64,000 bases of DNA, taken from positions 1 through 64,000 of the IMG/VR virus record IMGVR_UViG_3300045988_077276; one strand, given 5' to 3'. The stretch's first letter is position 1, and each line of letters starts with the position of its first letter. This stretch comes from a virus. Shown here in pieces: positions 34,263 to 42,007 of this stretch. The notes beneath the pieces were generated by a model. That model made no database searches. It saw only the letters and a program-made list of their open reading frames with translations, and was not told where the DNA came from. A program made the translations under genes and the position numbers.

Positions 34263-34730
34263 GTATATCTCCACGGATTTTTTACATCTATATATATCTA
34301 TAATACATAATAAACAATAGTAATAACCGTGGATTTTATATGTGTATATACATATATATATACATATGTCCACCATTTTTATATGTATATATGTGTATTT
34401 ATATTTTCGATTTATATATTTTGTTTTTTCACATAATATTATTGTTGACCGCCCAAGTCGTTCTCAATGCGTTCTCAATCGGTTGCCACACGCTGCACAT
34501 ACGACCATTTCATGAATTACATTTTGTAATGCTTACCATGCGTTTTAATCAATCGAATAAATTCAATCAGTTTGAAAACTTTAGATAACTAAAGGGTGAA
34601 AACTTTCGATATAATCACACATGATTAAATTGTATGCAATAATATGAATGTTTGAACATATGAATATATTGTCATGTATTCATCTATAGGGGTATAACTT
34701 TAGGCTATGGCTAGCAATAGATTTTTTCTA

Positions 34731-34759
34731 TTATGCAATCAGTCGTATTCGTGATATAA
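34731..34759 (+). promoter_or_regulatory. cassette 1 promoter (extended -10)
   Basis: TTATGC, a 17 nt spacer ending in TGA, TATAAT 34754-34759. Confidence 0.5.
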
Positions 34760-34829
34760 TGAGTGTAACGAAAGATAATAAATGTCTTTCATAGGTCTTT
34801 AATAATTGAATAAGAAAGGATAATAAAAA

Positions 34830-35207
34830 ATGTTTAAAAATTACAATGCTAACCCAAAGGGGAAAAAGGTTGCGGACTGTGTTATACGTGCTATAAGTAC
34901 GGCAATAGGTGAAAGTTGGCAAGATGTTTATAGAGATATGGTTGATCACTCTATAAAAGAATGTACCGTATTCAATGATAAGAAATTCATTAAGAAATAT
35001 ATTACAAACGTACTAGGGTTAGAGATGCAAAAACAACCACGATTTACAAACGGTAAAAAGTTAACTGTATCAGATTTTGCGACATGGTACGATAGCGGTA
35101 CATACATAATCACTATTGCCAATCATTTAACAGTCATAAAAGATGGTATTATCTTGGATACTTGGAATTGTGAAAATAAATGTGTTGGTAACTATTGGAA
35201 AGTATAA
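34830..35207 (+). CDS. hypothetical protein, possible papain-like Cys-His peptidase/amidase fold
   Basis: N-terminal NPKGKKVADCVIRAISTAIG (candidate catalytic Cys) and C-terminal ANHLTVIKDGIILDTW (candidate His/Asp). It has its own promoter and terminator. Confidence 0.6.
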   Translation: MFKNYNANPKGKKVADCVIRAISTAIGESWQDVYRDMVDHSIKECTVFNDKKFIKKYITNVLGLEMQKQPRFTNGKKLTVSDFATWYDSGTYIITIANHLTVIKDGIILDTWNCENKCVGNYWKV

Positions 35208-35217
35208 GGGTTGTAAC

Positions 35218-35250
35218 GGCGGTATACTAAAGGTATACCGCTTTTGTTTT
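35218..35250 (+). terminator. cassette 1 terminator
   Basis: GCGGTATAC (35219-35227) pairs with GTATACCGC (35233-35241), then TTTTGTTTT. Confidence 0.8.
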
Positions 35251-35254
35251 GCCC

Positions 35255-35425
35255 CTGTATTCTCAATTAGTCCTATTAAATGAGAATATGCAACATAAAT
35301 GAGAATTACTATCAATAAAAAACTGCTTAAAATCGTCTATACGCCCCTTTTTAGGTGTTCCGCTTATGATTGTACATAAGAGTGGCAAAACGCCATACAA
35401 GCGAAAATACACAATTATAACATAT
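35255..35425 (+). repeat. accessory-region repeat unit, copy C2 (forward)
   Basis: Shares AAAATCGTCT(A/G)TA, CGCTTATGATT(G/A)TAC and AAAACGCC(A/G)TACAA..CAATT blocks with C4. Confidence 0.6.
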
Positions 35426-35980
35426 ATGATAAAAACATAAATTTCACGCAAGCCGTAAACCATAGACAAAGCACATAGAAATGTACGCCTATAGTAGACA
35501 TCACTATAAAACGCTACAGGATTGATAAACATTCTCAATACAATAAATCCAGCGTAGTGCCACAATTTAATTGTGTACAACCAATGTTACATACCATATA
35601 TGAACATATGTACATATACTAATATACAACATATGAACAGTTATTCATATGTTCAATCATACGTTTTTCTAATATGTACACATGAGCATATATTCATATA
35701 TGAAAACGATTGTATACAATTGATACACACCACAAATAAACATATGTGATTTAATTGTATAAAACATAATTGTGTAACCTATAGTATAGACCCTATTTTA
35801 AATTGCATACAATTGTTTATACATATGCATTAATTGCATAATGCTATATTGATTTTTATAGGTATAAAACAATAATGAAAACATTTGTCAATAACACATT
35901 TAAAACATTCGATATACAACAGTATCCACCACAAATAAACAAAAATACGCCTTATGTATGTACACAAAAGACACACGCCG

Positions 35981-36135
35981 TATTCTCATTTAGACAATAG
36001 CCGTAAAATTGATTTATTTGAGTTGTACGGCGTTTTTAGTCTTTTGCATATAATCATAAGCGAAAACATTTACACGCACCATAGAACGCAAATAAATAAA
36101 CTACTAGTTGAGAACAATTATCAAATACGCTGGGT
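35981..36135 (-). repeat. accessory-region repeat unit, copy C3 (inverted); core 35995-36076 is the left arm of an 82 bp inverted repeat
   Basis: The reverse complement of 38536-38617 aligns to 35995-36076 with 72 of 82 identities by hand alignment. Confidence 0.8.
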
Positions 36136-36148
36136 TTTCTCCTAGGTG

Positions 36149-36177
36149 TTGACAAATTCGCTAAAATGTGGTATTTA
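36149..36177 (+). promoter_or_regulatory. cassette 2 upstream promoter
   Basis: TTGACA 36149-36154, a 17 nt spacer ending in TGG, TATTTA 36172-36177. Confidence 0.5.
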
Positions 36178-36245
36178 TATATATCTATTAAATATATGAA
36201 AAACTAATAGAAAAAAAAATATTTTTGAAAATTTCTATTTTAGTA

Positions 36246-36274
36246 CTTGCGTTATATCGTAAATATGTTATAAT
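36246..36274 (+). promoter_or_regulatory. cassette 2 promoter (homologous to the cassette 3 promoter)
   Basis: TAGTACTTGCG...TGTTATAAT. The same TAGTACTTGC -35 context is seen at 38765-38776. Confidence 0.6.
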
Positions 36275-36402
36275 GTAGCCATAGGGAACAATAAAACATA
36301 TTCCCTAAGGTCTTTGATAATTTCATACAGATATAACCGCCGTTAAGATATGGCGGACTTGCGAACAGATAGACATAGTTATTTATGAAAGGATGAGGAT
36401 AC

Positions 36403-36669
36403 ATGAAAGTATATAACTTTGATAGTCTTTGTTTATGGTTGTATGATTATAATAGACTTATTGATTATGTAAAAGTTACCAATATCAAGAAAATTGGGTT
36501 TAATACTTTAGAGGGTAGTCGCTATATTGGTAATGTAAAGATCATCACTAAAGATGGTTACAAAAATAAACTATTAAGTTTTTATATTAACTCAAGTTAT
36601 TTAGATGATAGCCTAACAGAAATTACATCTACAGTATTAAACGAATATTTGAACAACTGTTTATTATAA
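36403..36669 (+). CDS. hypothetical protein (AT-rich cassette 2)
   Basis: Track ORF with a GGATGAGGA SD. Confidence 0.6.
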   Translation: MKVYNFDSLCLWLYDYNRLIDYVKVTNIKKIGFNTLEGSRYIGNVKIITKDGYKNKLLSFYINSSYLDDSLTEITSTVLNEYLNNCLL

Positions 36670-36680
36670 AGGGGTATAAC

Positions 36681-36788
36681 ATGAATTATCTTGAAATTTT
36701 TCAAACTGTAGGCGGTTTTATATTCGCCTTATGTTTTTGGTATATGTGCTATAGGCTAGAAAAAACTGTATCAAGTCTAAAGAATTAA
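36681..36788 (+). CDS. 35 aa single-TM peptide
   Basis: Hand-translated MNYLEIFQTVGGFIFALCFWYMCYRLEKTVSSLKN. AAAGGGG SD. It is below the track cutoff. Confidence 0.4.
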   Translation: MNYLEIFQTVGGFIFALCFWYMCYRLEKTVSSLKN

Positions 36789-36806
36789 ACGAAAGGAACA
36801 AACAAC

Positions 36807-37070
36807 ATGAAAATTGAAAATATGACTAGTGCACAAGGGAATAAAGTCCCTAACCAATTTAAATTATACTATAATAATTTTGTGGCTTTTCAATCATATG
36901 AAACCTTAATAAGTGTATACGATTGTAAAAATGATACGATGTATACAGATAAAGACTTCTACAGTAACACCACATCAAAATATAGAAATTTATTTAATGG
37001 TGAATTTCAACCATTAGTAGTTATTGAAGTAGATAACGAAGAATTACACAAAATCATTGAAAGGGGTTAA
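36807..37070 (+). CDS. hypothetical protein
   Basis: Track ORF with an AAAGGAA SD. Confidence 0.6.
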   Translation: MKIENMTSAQGNKVPNQFKLYYNNFVAFQSYETLISVYDCKNDTMYTDKDFYSNTTSKYRNLFNGEFQPLVVIEVDNEELHKIIERG

Positions 37071-37073
37071 ATA

Positions 37074-37388
37074 ATGGATATTTTGGAACAAATAAAGGAA
37101 TACCACGAAGAAAACGCAACAAATATTATGAATATTTTTGAGTTACTAATGAAAGAAAATAAATTACAAGACTATACTGTAATCGAAGTTTTGGAACAAA
37201 CGGCGGATAATAACCGATTAGGGAACGAAAAAATTCCACATTGGTTTTATGATGTCGTAGATTATAACGACTTTTGCGAATATATCGAAAGTCTAAATAT
37301 TATCGAATTAGGGAACGATTTTATAAAAGTATCTGACAATGAATATTATTATATTCGTGATATTGTCGAATTAGCAGAGGGGTTATAA
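37074..37388 (+). CDS. small acidic protein, weakly ArdA-C-terminal-like
   Basis: Asp/Glu-rich. NEKIPHWFYDVVDYNDFCEYI resembles the IP..L..YIDYE.F motif of ArdA antirestriction proteins. This comes from memory only. Confidence 0.55.
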   Translation: MDILEQIKEYHEENATNIMNIFELLMKENKLQDYTVIEVLEQTADNNRLGNEKIPHWFYDVVDYNDFCEYIESLNIIELGNDFIKVSDNEYYYIRDIVELAEGL

Positions 37389-37693
37389 TGAAAATAAAAG
37401 GGAATATACACAAAGTTATAAACATGAATAATTATATCCATAGTCTACAAAATGAACATAATATCATTACTTATGCAGAAAGTAGCTATTTATACAATTA
37501 TATTGACTATGATAAAATGAATGTTATATTATGTGATGATTATGATATTTATTTATTTGTAATGAAAAATAAATATTGTTTGTTTTTTAGTGGTGCACGT
37601 TATGAATACGATACACTAAAAGAGTTAAATAAACAACTATATAGAATATTAAATATTTTGTATTATTTAGAGGTTGAAAGAGTACAACGTTAG
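37388..37693 (+). CDS. hypothetical protein
   Basis: Track ORF with a TAATG overlap. Confidence 0.55.
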   Translation: MKIKGNIHKVINMNNYIHSLQNEHNIITYAESSYLYNYIDYDKMNVILCDDYDIYLFVMKNKYCLFFSGARYEYDTLKELNKQLYRILNILYYLEVERVQR

Positions 37694-37812
37694 GCGGTGA
37701 AAAATTGACTATAGTATTATTAGCTTTGATCGTTTGTTTTATCAAACGAAAACAAAGCGAACAAAATAAACTCTTAAAATAATTTTAGATGATACGAAAG
37801 GAACAAATTATT

Positions 37813-37992
37813 ATGACACGTGCGGAACAATTACAAGACATCAAAGAAATTTTATTAGAGGAATTAGAGTATCGTGTATCTATTGGCGAATTGTCGGAAG
37901 ATAACTCTTTATTCGATATGCTAGAGTGGAATAACTTTCAAGCACTCAAAGGATTATACCGCCGTTTGTTTGGTTATGGTTATGAATGTTAG
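37813..37992 (+). CDS. small hypothetical protein
   Basis: ATG 37813 follows AAAGGAA, in frame with track ORF 37789..37992. Confidence 0.5.
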   Translation: MTRAEQLQDIKEILLEELEYRVSIGELSEDNSLFDMLEWNNFQALKGLYRRLFGYGYEC

Positions 37993-38004
37993 GAGGTTAA
38001 AATT

Positions 38005-38385
38005 ATGGAATTTAAAGAGTTATTATCTTATGCAAGAGAATATAGGGAAGAAATGAAAAATGATAAATATTATGACTTAAGAGACTTTTTAGAATTAATA
38101 CAAGATTTTGACACGGAACAATGTAATACTTTTGAATACATTAGGGAAGACATGAATATTCAAGATAGTGCAGAAATTTGTTGTAATGGCAATTATCGTT
38201 ATTATAATGATATTTACGACCTAGTGGCGGAAGAATTAGAATTGTTCACGGCTAAAAGTGATATTTTACCAAGTTGGTTAAATATCGACTATAGAGGAAC
38301 ATTTGACGATTTAAGCTATTATAATAATTATGTCGTATGTGGTTCTGATGTCATGTATTCTAAAATTTTAAATTATTGGTATTAA
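38005..38385 (+). CDS. small acidic protein, weakly ArdA-C-terminal-like
   Basis: AGGAGG SD. SDILPSWLNIDYRGTFDDLSYYNNYVV resembles the ArdA IP..L..YIDYE..ARDL motif. Confidence 0.55.
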   Translation: MEFKELLSYAREYREEMKNDKYYDLRDFLELIQDFDTEQCNTFEYIREDMNIQDSAEICCNGNYRYYNDIYDLVAEELELFTAKSDILPSWLNIDYRGTFDDLSYYNNYVVCGSDVMYSKILNYWY

Positions 38386-38391
38386 ACCTTT

Positions 38392-38420
38392 GGCGGTGTA
38401 CTTATGTATACCGCCTTTTG
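38392..38420 (+). terminator. cassette 2 terminator
   Basis: GGCGGTGTAC pairs with GTATACCGCC, then TTTTG. The stem sequence is homologous to the cassette 1 terminator. Confidence 0.75.
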
Positions 38421-38430
38421 TATGCACTCA

Positions 38431-38620
38431 TATTCTCATTTAGGTTTTCTTATTAAGAATTGCTGCATAAGTCAATACGCTGGTTAAATGAGATTAATTC
38501 TCAAATAAAAATCGTCTGTATTCGCTTGTGTGGTACGTCTAAAGTTTTTCGCTTATGATTATACCTAAAAGAATAAAAACGCCGTACAACGCAAATAAAT
38601 CAATTCTATGGCTATTGTTA
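38431..38620 (+). repeat. accessory-region repeat unit, copy C4 (forward); 38536-38617 is the right arm of the 82 bp inverted repeat
   Basis: See C3. It also shares blocks with C2 and C5. Confidence 0.8.
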
Positions 38621-38770
38621 TATCTTGCGTATTATTGGCGGTGTTTATACAATAGACATTCCCTATAGTATGTCTTTATGTGGTGTACATCGGTATTTCT
38701 TGCGTTTGTCATTGGTTTAAACGATAGATATTCTCATATAAAATATTTTATTAAATTCTATAATTAGTAC

Positions 38771-38798
38771 TTGCATTTTTTCGTGTATTTGATATAAT
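38771..38798 (+). promoter_or_regulatory. cassette 3 promoter
   Basis: TTGCAT 38771-38776, a 16 nt spacer ending in TGA, TATAAT 38793-38798. Confidence 0.6.
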
Positions 38799-38857
38799 GA
38801 TAATAGAAAAGCGGTTATATTAAACACCGTTTATAATGTTGAAAGGAATAAATAAAG

Positions 38858-39451
38858 ATGAATACACAAAATAAAATAGTTGAATTATACAATAGAAATA
38901 ATCCTTATTATTGGAACGTTGAAAAATTCGTAACGGAACAGGGTTATAAAAATGTTTGTGAATATTGTGCGGACGTTTTAGACCGATTAGGATCGGTTGA
39001 ATGGTGTACAGAAAAAGCAACGGAAGATATGTATAATCAACAATATACAGACTTTGATTTTTTATATGAAGATACATTGGAATATCTAAACAGAAATTAT
39101 AATATTGTATGTATACCCACTCAAGGGCGTTGGAATGGAACATATAAGGGAAATTTACAAGATTGTAATAACATTGATATGTGTATTCATGACGATGTAC
39201 AAAAGGTTTCTATAGATGGTAAAGCGTTAATAATTGACGTTGCACATCATGACGGCAACAATCAATATATTTTATACTTTGTTGAAAGTCATAACCCTAA
39301 TATTGAAGAATATTATAACGAATTACAAGACAATGATTATTATGATTATGAATGTGGTGTAACACTAGATAATGAACAGGATGCAGAAAATTATATAAAT
39401 ACATATGCTATTGATTTATACGATATGTGGAATAAAGGCAAATTACAATAG
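38858..39451 (+). CDS. hypothetical protein (AT-rich cassette 3; acidic, Tyr/Asn/Asp-rich)
   Basis: Track ORF with a GAAAGGAA SD. It has its own promoter and terminator. Confidence 0.65.
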   Translation: MNTQNKIVELYNRNNPYYWNVEKFVTEQGYKNVCEYCADVLDRLGSVEWCTEKATEDMYNQQYTDFDFLYEDTLEYLNRNYNIVCIPTQGRWNGTYKGNLQDCNNIDMCIHDDVQKVSIDGKALIIDVAHHDGNNQYILYFVESHNPNIEEYYNELQDNDYYDYECGVTLDNEQDAENYINTYAIDLYDMWNKGKLQ

Positions 39452-39457
39452 ATATAA

Positions 39458-39486
39458 ACGGCGGTTATCATACCGCCGTTATTTTA
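39458..39486 (+). terminator. cassette 3 terminator
   Basis: ACGGCGGT pairs with ACCGCCGT, then TATTTTA. Confidence 0.7.
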
Positions 39487-39554
39487 TACCCAACATATGA
39501 ACATATGAATATGCATTCATATAAATATATGTCTACGACATACGAATAATGCAG

Positions 39555-39675
39555 CAATTCTCAATTATAAATCCTAATTGATAACGCCAGCGTAAACCAT
39601 AGATAAATGAGAATGTCTATCACTTAGAAATTCGTTTATTTGCGTTCTATGGTGCGTATGGCGGTTTTCACATGT
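39555..39675 (+). repeat. accessory-region repeat unit, copy C5 (forward, partial)
   Basis: CCAGCGTA and TTTATTTGCGTTCTATGGTGCGT match the reverse complement of C3 at 36075-36105. Confidence 0.6.
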
Positions 39676-39727
39676 ATTTATACGTTGGAGGTCTAATGTT
39701 CCATATAGGCGAATATACTACGTTATA

Positions 39728-39770
39728 TATACAATCGTTATATTTCAATCGGTTATACAATCGTTATATA
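39728..39770 (+). repeat. three tandem ~14 bp CAATCG iterons
   Basis: TATACAATCGTTATA / TTTCAATCGGTTATA / TACAATCGTTATATA. Confidence 0.7.
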
Positions 39771-40593
39771 TCCATTGTTTGAAAACATATAAAGCCATTT
39801 TGTGTACATCAGATAGACACAAGAAATAAACACGACTATTTGACAATCGTTATCATCAATAGAATGTGTATTGTGTATGTACAGATGTATGTATTGATGT
39901 ATGTTATTGTGTTGTATCTTGCGTATGTGCTTATGTTGGTGCTTTGGTATGTGTTGCGGTATGTGGTAAGTACTATAGAATTTTACAATATATATAAATA
40001 TGCATGGGACAAATACCGCCCAACGTGGGACGCTTTAAGTCCCAACATAGAACACGCCCAAGCCAATTACAAAAACTCATAACAAACATGATTTAAACGC
40101 ATGATACCACTATATCGAAAACAATAGATATGTTGCCATGGCTACACAATGGGATAATACAATATATAAACATATGAAAATACATTCATACGTATAGCCA
40201 CGATACAAACAATTATAAATGATAATGATTGAGAATGAATGTACTACTATAGGTATTCTATTACATTGTGCAAGCGTTCGCCGTTGGTTGTACCTAGTGT
40301 TATGTACTTATGTTATACCCCTATACAGTCCAATCATAGGGTACATACTACATCGAAAAATTTAGAAATTCCAAAAGGGATAACCATTATCAACTGGGGG
40401 CGGTTATATCATAACAAACCCAAGCCATACAAAAGTTACATACCCAAGACATACCCATGCTGCATACCCCAATACAAACAATGGTCTATACCAATGTCAT
40501 ACACTTTTGTTCCATACATAACACCCATCACTATAGGTATCATCTATATGTTTTAAAACCATACATATCAATACATATGTATTATGCAATTGA

Positions 40594-40717
40594 ATATACA
40601 ATCGCTATCTACAATCGGTTACTACAATTGAGATACATATGTTACATACATAATCCGTTATATGTTTGAAAACAATTGAGTATCCAATCGACCATACAAT
40701 CGTTTAAAACGATTGGT
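40594..40717 (+). repeat. second cluster of CAATCG-type iterons
   Basis: ATATACAATCGCTATC, TACAATCGGTTAC, TACAATTGAGAT, TATCCAATCGACC, and CATACAATCGTTTAAAACGATTGG (palindromic). Confidence 0.6.
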
Positions 40718-41360
40718 TAAAATTTATGTATAAAATTTTTATGGTAAACATATGTGTTAAACATATAAGGTAAAACGTATATTACATACACTAGAGTATT
40801 GTATTTGAAATTACAAATGTTTGATGCTATATGGACATACATATATTGTTCTGTTTTAACAATCGTTAGTTTCAATCAGTTTAATAGAAGTATGTGATAA
40901 TATGTTTGTGTCATACATACTTAACCATTTTACAAAATGGTAATCATCTCTCTATGGAGATGATTGACTATGTTCTTGATAGTCGGTTACATAAGATGGA
41001 AAAATATCAAACATAAACCGTTTGCCGTCCTATGCGTTACACTATAGGGGCGTACTTATGTCTGCCTTGGCGGTGTATACAATCGCTGCACAACACTAGA
41101 AATCCCATAAGACAAGCCAAGTGGCATCCATCGTTATCGCAGCGTGGTAAACTTGTGTGAACATAAAAATAAGCCATCGTTGACACCGCTGGTGGCATCA
41201 AGAATGACCCTATAAATGGTATATGTAATTTCCAATAGTTACACTAATGTGTAAAAACTTACGCATATATACTAAAAAGAATTTTATGGCGTTCAACCTA
41301 GATGGTTACTGGGTTTATGACGTAACGGAGAATCATTATTACTTCCGATAATTGAAAAAT

Positions 41361-41402
41361 ACCACAACTTACCATAACTTTTTGACACTATATATGAGGG
41401 GT
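41361..41402 (+). promoter_or_regulatory. conserved ~42 bp element ACAACTT-N9-TTTTTGACACTATATATGAGGGGT (copy 1)
   Basis: Near-identical to 57281-57323. It contains TTGACA (41382-41387). Confidence 0.5.
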
Positions 41403-41672
41403 TCCCAAATTGGGTACTTAAGTTTGAAACCCAAAAACAACAACAAGAAAAACATAACAACCGTTTATAGTCCAAACTGTTTAACCGACTTTGAAAAATA
41501 CTTAAGCCGTAGGCTTATTGCGAAGCAATGTGAAAACAAGTTTGAAACATACAGAACGGTAAACATAAGTTTTAAAACATATAAGATTTCTCTATCGAGA
41601 AATAATACTTCGTATTGATTATGTTTGTCGCTTATGCTTTAAGACTCAAACCGTATAACAAACCATATGCAA

Positions 41673-41741
41673 CAAAGGGCATACATAAGTATTAAACATA
41701 TATCATTCATATGTTGACACTTATGTATGCCCTTTGTTTTT
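41673..41741. terminator. 18 bp perfect inverted repeat, likely a bidirectional terminator
   Basis: CAAAGGGCATACATAAGT (41673-41690) pairs with ACTTATGTATGCCCTTTG (41719-41736), followed by T5 on the + strand. It lies about 10 nt beyond the stop of the reverse-strand gene at 41752. Confidence 0.7.
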
Positions 41742-41751
41742 CGTTTGTATT

Positions 41752-41997
41752 CTATTTTAATAATTCTTCTTCTGAACCACGTTTGGGATACGCATCTGTA
41801 ATCTTACCACCGATGCTCCAAAGAATGATTGCCAAGACAAAGAACCCAAGGAATCCATATGGTTCTCCAGAAACGGCACTGGCGATACCCAAGCCAAAGG
41901 ATGCACTACCAATCCACTTAAATAACATACCGACAAAATGTGCCGATGTAAAATATCCGATGATTAACGTCAAACCGACCATTGCAAAAATAAACAT
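41752..41997 (-). CDS. small membrane protein (3 TM) co-oriented with the recombinase
   Basis: Track ORF. TAGGAGGTAGC lies directly upstream of the ATG on the reverse strand. Hydrophobic segments FIFAMVGLTLIIGYF, SFGLGIASAV and FLGFFVLAIILWSIG. Confidence 0.7.
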   Translation of the reverse strand: MFIFAMVGLTLIIGYFTSAHFVGMLFKWIGSASFGLGIASAVSGEPYGFLGFFVLAIILWSIGGKITDAYPKRGSEEELLK

Positions 41998-42007
41998 ATG
42001 CTACCTC

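Noticed and set aside
33901-34588. Track ORFs 33901..34152, 34001..34204 (-), 34055..34243 and 34340..34588
   Set aside because: They fall in simple-sequence or repeat DNA ((TATA)n-like runs, CCGTGG repeats) and lack SD sites. Their Cys/Tyr/His/Ile-rich translations look like artefacts.
35263-35580. Reverse-strand ORF of 105 aa overlapping repeat unit C2
   Set aside because: It has no SD. It overlaps a non-coding repeat whose other copies (C3, C4, C5) carry no equivalent open frame. Its hydrophobic, Tyr-rich composition reflects AT-rich DNA.
39840-40669. Track ORFs 39840..40082, 40239..40556 and 40457..40669
   Set aside because: They start with TTG or weak codons without an SD. The translations are low-complexity (MYV/LMYV repeats, Tyr/Pro/Ile-rich) and lie in iteron or palindrome DNA.
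34600-40800. A CRISPR array as the explanation for the many short repeats
   Set aside because: The repeats are not regularly spaced, occur in both orientations, differ in length, and have no unique-spacer periodicity. No cas genes are present apart from a stand-alone Cas4-like nuclease 20 kb away.
41293-41618. ORFs 41293..41475 (-) and 41352..41618 (+) in the spacer before the recombinase operon
   Set aside because: They have no SD and an Asn/Lys/Thr-rich low-complexity sequence. The interval is more plausibly an untranslated transcript or regulatory DNA, bounded by the conserved 42 bp element and the 18 bp-stem terminator.
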